Below are positions 30,182 to 39,100 of a DNA stretch of 64,000 nucleotides, piece by piece. The position numbers and the translations under genes were made by a program. Within the stretch, counting starts at the first letter, position 1. Every line of letters begins with the position of its first letter. Location: the NCBI GenBank assembly GCA_020629835.1, contig JAHDCO010000017.1, forward strand, positions 398-64,397, in the 5' to 3' direction. The notes under the pieces were generated by a model. The model was given only the letters and a program-made list of their open reading frames with translations, made no database searches and was not told where the DNA came from. The stretch is from Granulosicoccaceae bacterium. GTDB taxonomy: Bacteria; Pseudomonadota; Gammaproteobacteria; Granulosicoccales; Granulosicoccaceae.

Positions 30182-32370
30182 GCAAGGATACATCCGGTGT
30201 GAGTGAGCATGGAGCCACTAATGTGGTGGACAGTGCGGCGTTGGATGATTTGCCGACAAGCTGGATAAGCAATGCAACCAAAGATTTAAAAGGTCAGTCG
30301 CCCGTCCAGCTGTGCAGCAAAACACCGGATGGCATCGTTGTCAAACCGTTGTACACAGCCAAAGATCATGCGCCGCAAACCGAAGTGCCCGGTGAAGCGC
30401 CGTTTACGCGCGGCATACGAGCCACGATGTACACCGGTCGTCCGTGGACCATACGCCAATACGCAGGGTTCTCCACCGCACAGGAATCCAACGCGTTTTA
30501 TCGAAAAAATTTAGCCAGCGGGCAAAAAGGCTTATCTGTGGCGTTTGATTTAGCCACCCATCGAGGTTACGACAGTGATCACCCACGCGTGGTGGGTGAT
30601 GTGGGCAAAGCGGGTGTCGCCATCGATTCGGTGGAAGATATGAAAATCTTGTTTAACGGCATACCGTTGAATGAGATGTCGGTATCGATGACGATGAATG
30701 GCGCGGTGATTCCAACGTTAGCCATGTTTATCGTGGCTGGTGAAGAGCAGGGAGTGGATGCAGCCCAGCTCACGGGCACCATACAAAACGATATTTTGAA
30801 AGAATTTATGGTGCGCAATACCTACATCTATCCGCCTGAGCCTTCCATGCGCATCGTGGCCGATATTATTGAATTCACGGCTGAAAAAATGCCGCGCTTT
30901 AACTCCATCTCTATCTCTGGTTATCACATGCAGGAAGCCGGTGCGTCCACTGTGCAAGAGCTGGCGTTTACCCTGGCAGATGGTATGGAGTACGTGCGTT
31001 CAGCCAAAGCCCGCGGCTTAGATGTTGATGCGTTCGCCCCGCGCTTATCTTTCTTCTTCTGTATCGGCATGGACTTCTTTATGGAAGTGGCCAAGCTGCG
31101 AGCGGCACGGCAGTTGTGGTCGCGCATCATGACGGACATGGGTGCAAAAGACGATCGATCCAAGATGTTACGTACGCATTGCCAAACGTCTGGGGTTTCG
31201 TTAACCGAACAAGACCCTTACAACAATATTGTACGAACCGCGTATGAAGCGATGGCCGCCGTATTGGGTGGCACACAATCACTGCATACCAATGCCTTTG
31301 ATGAAGCCATCGCGCTGCCCACAGAAACCTCAGCTCGCGTGGCGCGTAACACGCAATTAATATTGCAGCACGAAACCGGCGTTACGCGAACCGTTGATCC
31401 ACTAGGCGGTTCTCACTACGTTGAAGCCTTAACCGAAGAGTTGGTAACTGCCGCTTGGGAACAGATTGAAGAGATTGAATCCTTAGGCGGAATGACGCAA
31501 GCAGTATTAGACGGTTTGCCGAAGCGCCGAATAGAGTCTGCTGCCGCAACCCGACAGGCCCGTGTGGACAACGGATCAGACGTGGTCGTGGGTGTGAACC
31601 GGTATCGATTAGAAGATAACGTCAGTATCGATATTCTGGAAGTGGACAACACCAAAGTGCGCGCCGAGCAAGTGACCCAATTGGCGTCCATCAAAGCCAG
31701 CCGCGATAGCGCTGAGTGTGAAGCTGCATTGCAGAAGCTCACCGATGTTGCTGAAAGCGGAAAAGGTAACTTGTTAGCCGCAGCCGTTGACGCGGCTCGC
31801 GCCAGAGCCACCTTAGGTGAAATATCATCTGCCATGGAAACCGTCTTTGGGCGATACAAAGCCTCACCTGAATCTGTGAGTGGCGTATACGGCGCACATC
31901 AAGCCGAGTCCCCTGAATTTCAAATGGTCAAACAAAAGGTTGATGCGTTTGTAAATAGCAAATCGCGCAAACCCAAGTTGCTAGTAGCCAAGATGGGTCA
32001 AGACGGACACGACCGAGGTGCGAAGGTTATTGCCTCTTCGTTCTCGGACATCGGCTTTCAGGTGGACTTGTCCGAGTTGTTTGTAACGCCAGAAGAAGTT
32101 GCACAGTTATGCGTAGAAAAGAACGTTGATGTGGTTGGAATTTCCAGCCTCGCTGGAGGGCATAAAAGCCTAATTCCCGCGTTGGTACAAGCGTTAGCCG
32201 ATTTAGACCGGCCCGATATCATTGTTGTTTGCGGTGGGGTGATTCCAGAGCAGGACTATGACTTTTTAAGGGATGCTGGTGTTGCTGAGATCTTTGGGCC
32301 GGGTACGCCTATTACTGAAGCTGCTGGGGCGGTGTTGGGTAGGATATTGGGGGAGCGGCGGAATCGTTGA
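30178..32370 (+). CDS. scpA: methylmalonyl-CoA mutase (B12-dependent)
   Basis: [36 protein letters not shown] and B12 motif DGHDRG. Confidence 0.95.
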   Translation: MSKDTSGVSEHGATNVVDSAALDDLPTSWISNATKDLKGQSPVQLCSKTPDGIVVKPLYTAKDHAPQTEVPGEAPFTRGIRATMYTGRPWTIRQYAGFSTAQESNAFYRKNLASGQKGLSVAFDLATHRGYDSDHPRVVGDVGKAGVAIDSVEDMKILFNGIPLNEMSVSMTMNGAVIPTLAMFIVAGEEQGVDAAQLTGTIQNDILKEFMVRNTYIYPPEPSMRIVADIIEFTAEKMPRFNSISISGYHMQEAGASTVQELAFTLADGMEYVRSAKARGLDVDAFAPRLSFFFCIGMDFFMEVAKLRAARQLWSRIMTDMGAKDDRSKMLRTHCQTSGVSLTEQDPYNNIVRTAYEAMAAVLGGTQSLHTNAFDEAIALPTETSARVARNTQLILQHETGVTRTVDPLGGSHYVEALTEELVTAAWEQIEEIESLGGMTQAVLDGLPKRRIESAAATRQARVDNGSDVVVGVNRYRLEDNVSIDILEVDNTKVRAEQVTQLASIKASRDSAECEAALQKLTDVAESGKGNLLAAAVDAARARATLGEISSAMETVFGRYKASPESVSGVYGAHQAESPEFQMVKQKVDAFVNSKSRKPKLLVAKMGQDGHDRGAKVIASSFSDIGFQVDLSELFVTPEEVAQLCVEKNVDVVGISSLAGGHKSLIPALVQALADLDRPDIIVVCGGVIPEQDYDFLRDAGVAEIFGPGTPITEAAGAVLGRILGERRNR

Positions 32371-32584
32371 TTGACAGTGCTTTCAAGATGAGTAATTAAG
32401 TTCTTAAATAGGCCTGATCTGTTTGTTAGGCAAACGAGAATTAGTAGCAAGTGCGCTTGAGATGAGGTGTATTCTAACCCGACTAGCGCGGTAATCGCCC
32501 GGGTGGGGATAAGGCGCAGCTTGATACACAAATGCAAGGTTGCGAGAGCGAACTCCGTAGCGGCAACGCTTTGAATCTTACATG

Positions 32585-32605
32585 TTTACACATATACCGT
32601 GTAAA
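32585..32605. promoter_or_regulatory. inverted repeat TTTACAC-N7-GTGTAAA, candidate HigA operator
   Basis: 7-bp perfect inverted repeat 15 bp upstream of the higB ATG. Confidence 0.5.
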
Positions 32606-32620
32606 TGATAACATTTGGAT

Positions 32621-32914
32621 ATGATACGATCGTTCGGAAATAAATTAACGGAAGATTTCTACCGCGGTCGTAGTTCGGCTCAATCTCGCAAGGTGCCTCC
32701 CGCAATCCGAGCTAATGCGTTTCGGAAATTGGATATGCTCAATGCGGCAACCACAATGCAAGATTTGAGATCGCCCCCAGGCAATAGATTAGAGAAGTTG
32801 AGTGGCGATTTATCGGAATTTCACAGTATCAGAATAAACCAGCAATGGCGGTTGATATTCCGATGGGCTGATGGCGGTGCCGAAGATGTCGAAATTATTG
32901 ATTACCATAGGTGA
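32621..32914 (+). CDS. higB: HigB toxin (RelE/ParE, plasmid maintenance killer family)
   Basis: MIRSF, RKLDML, DLRSPPGNRLEKL, SIRINQQWR and IIDYH. Confidence 0.92.
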   Translation: MIRSFGNKLTEDFYRGRSSAQSRKVPPAIRANAFRKLDMLNAATTMQDLRSPPGNRLEKLSGDLSEFHSIRINQQWRLIFRWADGGAEDVEIIDYHR

Positions 32915-33201
32915 CGAAAATGCTGCCAAATAAAAGAACAACAACTCATCCTGGTGAAGTGCTCCAATTTGAATATTTGGAACCCTTGGAAGTTTCCCAA
33001 TCAGAGTTTGCACGTCATCTAAATATTCCGATTCAACGTGTGAATGAATTAGTTCGTGGCAAACGAGGAATTACACCGGATACCGCATGGTTGTTAGCGA
33101 AAGCATTGGGGACTACTCCTGAATTCTGGATGAACCTCCAGGTTGCTTACGAGCTTTCATCGATTGATCCTCCAAAAGGTATCAAGCGTCTTGTCGCATA
33201 G
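32911..33201 (+). CDS. higA: HigA antitoxin (XRE HTH)
   Basis: HPGEVL, GKRGITPDTA and TTPEFWMNLQ; overlaps the higB stop. Confidence 0.92.
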   Translation: MTKMLPNKRTTTHPGEVLQFEYLEPLEVSQSEFARHLNIPIQRVNELVRGKRGITPDTAWLLAKALGTTPEFWMNLQVAYELSSIDPPKGIKRLVA

Positions 33202-33221
33202 TGCGGTTATAGGTAAGGCGA

Positions 33222-33337
33222 ACCTAACAATCTCAAGCAGACGGCCAAGCACGCAACGCACAAATTGACATCTCGCTTGGCTCAATTTTGCGGTAATTTG
33301 AACGTCACGCACTTTGCCGTTGTTGTGAGCGCTAGGC
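33222..33337 (+). repeat. attC-like site 1 (degenerate)
   Basis: Begins ACCTAAC (RYYYAAC), ends GCTAGGC (one mismatch to GTTRRRY); internal inverted repeat CGCACAAATTGA / TCAATTTTGCG. Confidence 0.6.
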
Positions 33338-33352
33338 TTCTGAGCGGTATCT

Positions 33353-34069
33353 ATGAAACTAATTAAAATAACCACATTTGAATCTCTGCAGTTCGAGATC
33401 AGCAATGTTCCGCGCCAGAAAGTTATATTTCGAGGTGTGAAGGATTCTGAAAAACACACACTAATAACATCAATTGGGCGTACCTTTAATAGTAATCAAG
33501 CGGGGACCGGTTTTCCTTCTTTTGAAAGAAGACTGTTTACCAGATTCAAAGAAAGAGCCATACCATATCTACGTAGTGTTCCAACCACTGATCTAGAGTG
33601 GTTGGCTCTGGCGCAACATCATGGCTTGCCTACAAGGCTACTAGATTGGAGTTACAATCCCTTGGTTGCACTATTCTTTGCAACTCAACAATGCAACGAG
33701 GACCCAACAGACAACAGTTTAGATTGTGCTGTATATATTTACAAAACCCCAAATAAAACACTAAATTCCTCGTTTACAGATGATCCTTTTAAGGTAAAAA
33801 ACACCAGCAAGTATCGCCCGAGTCACTTCACCGATAGAATCGTTGCTCAAAGATCTGTTTTTACTCTGCATCATGAGCCAAAGATTTCGTTCGAGGACAA
33901 TAATCGAATAATTAAATTGGTAATTCCCGGGCCGCAGAAACCACAGTTTCGCGAAAAACTCAGGCTTTTTGGTGTGGGACCTTCAACTCTTTTTCCCGGG
34001 CTTGATGGTTTAGCGGAAGAGTTGTCGATCTATGAAAAACCATTCAAAAGTATATCTGAACAAGTCTGA
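33353..34069 (+). CDS. FRG domain protein
   Basis: IFRGV, WLALAQHHGLPTRLLDWSYNPLVALFFA, RIVAQRSVF and LFPGLDG. Confidence 0.92.
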   Translation: MKLIKITTFESLQFEISNVPRQKVIFRGVKDSEKHTLITSIGRTFNSNQAGTGFPSFERRLFTRFKERAIPYLRSVPTTDLEWLALAQHHGLPTRLLDWSYNPLVALFFATQQCNEDPTDNSLDCAVYIYKTPNKTLNSSFTDDPFKVKNTSKYRPSHFTDRIVAQRSVFTLHHEPKISFEDNNRIIKLVIPGPQKPQFREKLRLFGVGPSTLFPGLDGLAEELSIYEKPFKSISEQV

Positions 34070-34703
34070 CGAAGGGTTGCGGTGGAACGCTGCACGCTTT
34101 GGCCAAATTGGCGCAATGCTGAGAAAACTCTGTATCAATCGTAGCGATGTTGTAATTGGTCTTTTAATTATCGCGAGTGAATAAATGGCAATTTCATGCC
34201 CATCACCTACGGTTCAATCAAAAGTCGCTGGTAAGTGTTTTTGTGCCGGTCTAAAGGCAGTATCAAACCCTCAATGGTTTGTTTACCTAGTCGTATTTTT
34301 TGCGGTGCTGCTTCAAGGGACAGCATCGAATATCGTGGTAGGCACTTTTACATTTGGAATTGGAGTGATCGCCTAGCAATTTAGTTCTGAGGCTAATTTG
34401 GTAACTGAGTCACCAATATCTAAGACTGAAGCCGATTGGTACAAGGTATCAGCAGTGACTAACGTTTGGGATGAACGGAAATCAAGGGTCCACAAATTAA
34501 ATTTTGCACTATATCGGTAATTGCAGGTTGCGGCTAGTTGCTTCGGTCAATGGAAGCATCGTCAATTCGACAGGGAAATTTCACGTTGGTTTGGCGATTG
34601 TGATTTCCGCTACATTATTTATAACGTGTTTAGTAAGTATTCAGAAAATTTCCATTTCGTTTGAACGGTTTTCTTACGGGATCTGGCTTTTAGTCTAAAA
34701 AAG

Positions 34704-34810
34704 GCATAACAATACGCAGCAGCCTGACAAATTGACAAAGCCCTTGAACGCGGTCTCGCCGCGCCCCAAGGCTTTGTCAATTAGCCGTTTTGCCAGGCTT
34801 TACGTTGCTA
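34704..34810 (+). repeat. attC-like site (degenerate right end)
   Basis: GCATAAC start; 13-bp perfect inverted repeat AATTGACAAAGCC / GGCTTTGTCAATT plus AGCCTG / CAGGCT arms. Confidence 0.6.
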
Positions 34811-34927
34811 GTGAAGAGTATGCGAGAACTGAACAGTTTGTATCGTGCCCGGCTGCAACCGATCAAATGCTGACTTTCGTAGTTTGGTATCTATGGGATA
34901 ACGAACACTTAATATGCAGATTTACAT

Positions 34928-35215
34928 ATGAATGATTTAGTAGATCACTTGGTCAACGTGTGCGACAAGAAATCGTTTTTAGCATTTTTCAAAGCGTTGA
35001 TTAGAGACCGTGAAGATACTGTTTCCAAAGGCAAGATTAATTGCAACAGCCCATATACATCGGAAGAAAATGGATGGGAAAACGGAACCATCGAGTCGTA
35101 TCTTGAGGCGGCTGTTGCCTGTACGGAAGACCATGGCGATGAAACAGTACTAGCTGAGATTGCATCTTGGAGATCGTTTGCACAGTTTCTATACGTTGGA
35201 AAATCGTACGAATAG
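34928..35215 (+). CDS. small hypothetical protein (cassette-like orphan, WENxTI..YLEA motif)
   Basis: 95-aa ORF between two attC-like sites, in the same orientation as the other cassette-like genes. Confidence 0.7.
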   Translation: MNDLVDHLVNVCDKKSFLAFFKALIRDREDTVSKGKINCNSPYTSEENGWENGTIESYLEAAVACTEDHGDETVLAEIASWRSFAQFLYVGKSYE

Positions 35216-35289
35216 TGAAATTAGTGACTGTCCAAAAGGTCGTGAGGCGATCAGTGGAAATTTCTATACTTTCAGTCCTGTCGAGGCGA

Positions 35290-35391
35290 ACATAACCAGA
35301 ACAAGTAACGGAGTAATTGACAGGGGCACCGATCCTGGCTATTGACAGAACCGATATCCCAGTCAATCAGCTGTTGTGGCAGACGTTATAT
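35290..35391 (+). repeat. attC-like site (degenerate)
   Basis: ACATAAC ... GTTATAT ends (6/7 complementary); contains AATTGACA and ATTGAC/GTCAAT like the other sites. Confidence 0.5.
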
Positions 35392-35544
35392 TTTTTCAGC
35401 ATTGCGAGAATAGTGAAGAGTCTTTGATCGTAGTTATACGACCATTGGCAAATGGGTACCAAATTCCTATCTAATCAAGTTAGCTTCAAGATTCCAAGCC
35501 CGAAAGGTTACTCGTGAATCGCACAAGTTGAAAAATACCTTGAA

Positions 35545-36099
35545 TTAATAAACCGCCCCATCATCAATCCATCGTTTAACCGCATCGATAATCCAGCCTG
35601 GAAGCGGATCGCCACCTAACGGCATGGACTGCCCGACAGACTGCGTACCTTCAAGTTTTCGAATCAAGTAACTGTTGGTTGCTTGTTCGGGCTCAATTAT
35701 AGAAAGGCGAGGATCTTCCGTGCTGGTGGTGCCTACGGTGCTAACGTAGGTATCTGCAGCGCTGGTAAAGTTCATAGAGGCGGGTAATGAGTCGCCACCA
35801 CCCGTATGGCAGCTGGAACAATACGGAACGAACATCAAACCTTGAAGTTCATCCAAAGTAAGTGTTTCGCCGTCCAGGCTAAGTTCTGTAAAGGTTGAGG
35901 AGGGTGGTTGCGCTTCTGCAATCGCTGCAGCGGGCGCGAATATTAAATTGGTTTGTGGCTGATTACTGTCGCTGGCTTGCCCACCCAATCGAACACCACT
36001 GGTATCACCCTCGCACCCGGTCAAAATAAACATCGCGCTTATTAACGCAGCTGACGGTGAGCGCTTAAGCTTTTTGAGCGTTTTCATTGTTTGAATCAT
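35545..36099 (-). CDS. monoheme cytochrome c lipoprotein
   Basis: Lipobox ILTGC, CSSCH, SYLIRKLEG, MPLGG and WIDDGA; starts 2 bp after the stop of the large oxidase gene. Confidence 0.8.
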   Translation of the reverse strand: MIQTMKTLKKLKRSPSAALISAMFILTGCEGDTSGVRLGGQASDSNQPQTNLIFAPAAAIAEAQPPSSTFTELSLDGETLTLDELQGLMFVPYCSSCHTGGGDSLPASMNFTSAADTYVSTVGTTSTEDPRLSIIEPEQATNSYLIRKLEGTQSVGQSMPLGGDPLPGWIIDAVKRWIDDGAVY

Positions 36100-36101
36100 G
36101 G

Positions 36102-39100
36102 TTATTGATCCACCGTGTTCGATGCGGCTTGCTGATCGATAGCTTGTTGATTGCTATCCCGGGTGTATCGAATACGCCTTTCGGTAATCGGTGCGGTTAT
36201 TTGATCGGCAAGGTCTGGAAAGACGTCAATACCGATTCCGCCGATGGAAGCACTATCTCCTCGTAAAAACAGTTCCATACTGGTGGGGTTACCAATCATG
36301 GCTGCTGGGATTTGCACTTCGATGTTGTTGCCATTGGTTGCAACATTTGAACTGCCTAGGTAATTCCACGACCAGTCGTTACCGTTCCCCGTGTAGCGAA
36401 AAACGCTATTGCCTTCGGCCAGGTAATCGATGCCAATCGGTGAATCGTTTAAGAAACCTCGGAATCCGGTGCCAGAATTTAAATCGGTATCCATAAGGAT
36501 GGCGTTACCCCAGGTTATTTCACTCGGCCCATCGTTTTCCCAGGCAAAGTAAAAGTGATTTGCATCGTGACCGGCCCAAATCGTCAGGAAGTCCAAGGTG
36601 CCGGTGTCAGGTGTTACATCATTAGGATCCACCCCTAAAGGATCTACCGCTTGCCATTCATTTAAATTGCCGTTGATGGTGACCGAACTCATTGAATTAG
36701 AGTAAATCGCACTGGGCGGGGTGGGATTGGGTGTTGGCTGATCGATGGTGTCACCGAAGCTGTATGACATAAAACGAGTGTCGATCATGGCTTCGGTATC
36801 GGTTGCTGTATCGGGGACAAAGTCGATAGCACTGCCGCCGACACTTGCGTTGTCTGCTGAGAAAATTAAGTTAAAGCTTTCTGGATTGCCGATAAGCGTA
36901 CGTGGCACCGCCATCTCAATGGACTGGCCATTCAGTGAATTTCTAACTGTTCCCAGCCATTGCCACGACCAGGATTCCCCATCACCGGTGTAACGGTGAA
37001 TGTTTTCACCCTCAATTAAATAGTCTATGCCGATGGGCAAATTTCCGGCACTGTATCCAGTCGCGGAACCGTCCATATCCAAACCGATGCTGTTGCCCCA
37101 AACGAGTTCAACGTCATTAGGTGCGTGGTTATCGTATCGGAAGTACACGTTTTGATTGTCGTGCGCAGCCCAGACTCGCATGAAGTCAAGTCGGTTCGAA
37201 CGACCGGTTGCATCCTGTGCATCGGTTGCCAGCAAGGCCTCAATGGGCCAGTCGCTTAAGGTGCCGTCAATAACAATATTGGCAATCGTGCTGTAGGGGC
37301 CATCCGGCACCTCAACTTCAGGCGTGGGGTCTACCACGGGCGGTTGAACTGCCGGTTCGGTTGAATCAATTTGTGCAACGAAGGCTGCAACTTGACTCAG
37401 ACTGGCTCCATTTAATGTTGTGTTAGCGTGTGCGGCGATGGCATCTTCGAGGGTAGCTGCAGATCCATCGTGCAAATAGGGCGCACTAGACCAAACACCC
37501 AATAACGACGGTGTATCAAACCCATCGAGGGTCGTGCCGTTTCGGTTGCCCGAATCCGAATCGATGGTGCCGACTTTATGCAGTTGCTGCGAATCAGAAT
37601 CCGTGAACGTGTCGCCGCTGTGACAACTGGCACAACCACTATTGGCAAACGTTGTACGCCCCTGTGCAGCATCGGGCGTTAGTTCGCCGTTGTCAGCTCT
37701 TAAAGGGCTTGGCAACGCCGTTTCCAACGAGGCCACATAGGCGGCTAGCGCATCTAAGTCGGTGCTAAGACCGGCCTTAGGGCTGCCAAATGGGTTTGCT
37801 GTGGTGCCAGTTAAATAATCCACATCGTCCATCAAGCCTTCGCCGCCATTGAAATTTCGTAGTTGAATTTCAAAGTCCTGCACTTCATCGAAGTTGGCGG
37901 TCCAATGCAGACGACCGGTGTTCTTACCCATGCCTCTTAAGCTGGTGGTATTACGAATACCTTCACCCAAACCGGTAAAGTCCCAGCTACGCCCGTCGTG
38001 TTCGCCATCATTGTGGCAAGCGGCACAGGACATGTAGTCCAGCCCGGCCAGACGATCATCACGCGAATCGTAGAACAGCTTTTTACCTTTTAAAACCTCT
38101 GCGCTTAAGGTTTCACTGTTAACGAGCGAGACAGTCGCGATTTCATCCACATCGGATTTGCCGCGCAGGGTGGCTTCTGTTACGTCGAACACACCCAGTG
38201 AACGGTCCAGAAAATTATGCACAAAGAGGGTAGTGCCGCTATTGGATAGCAGCAAAGATTGCGGGGCAAACCCCGTATCAAAACGTGCGTATTCCAGATT
38301 GGTTAACGCATCGATCAACGCGATTTGCCGGTTGCCTTCTAACGACACAAATAGCATGAGCCCGTTAGGTCCAAAGGCACCATGTGAGGCAACGCTGGCA
38401 TTGTCATGATCAACTCGACCCGCAAGCACTTCGGTTCCGTTATTTAAATCGACTTTTGAGGTGATGGCTCTGACGGTTTGATCGAACGTCATGCCTTCTT
38501 TGCCGCGCAAACTGCCTGAAAGAATATTGTCTTGTTTTGACGGAACCCAGGCCGTAAGACCATTGGGTGCGATGACCATGGGACCCAAATAGTTGGGTAA
38601 TCCAGGGCCTTCGTTCTCTGAGGGCACCTTGTCTGAGTGTGCCAGCGTAATCACTCGTTCTTCATTCAGCGCGGTTGGCGTTGCACTGAATTCAACAATG
38701 GATGCACCGGTGTTACCGACGTCGGGATTCGCACCGTGCTCGCCGGGAATTTTGTCTGTGATGTAGTTGGATACATAAACCGTATTCCCATCTGCATTGA
38801 TAGACACGTGTCGTGGGCGAAGCCCGGCGTTTATACGATTTTTCTCTGCGCCGTTACTGGCATCTAGTTGAAGTAATTCGTTAACGGCTTCGAGTGTTAC
38901 GTAGGCGCTGTGTGAATTAAACACAATGCCGTGCGGTCGGCTTGCCCGGTCAAGCGATAACGTGTTAACTACGGTACGTGAAGCGGTATTAATCACAGAG
39001 ATTGTGGCGGAATCTTTATTAACCACCCAAACCCTACCGTCTGGAGCGAGGGCTAAGGAACGCGGATTTTCACCCACGGGAATTAATGCCGTTCGAGTGG

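Noticed and set aside
32472-32580. Possible further attC site upstream of higB (TTCTAAC...)
   Set aside because: The first base breaks RYYYAAC, there is no convincing complementary right end and the stem is weak.
32371-35544. Prophage or complete integron
   Set aside because: No integrase, tyrosine recombinase or phage structural genes; only cassette-like remnants are present.
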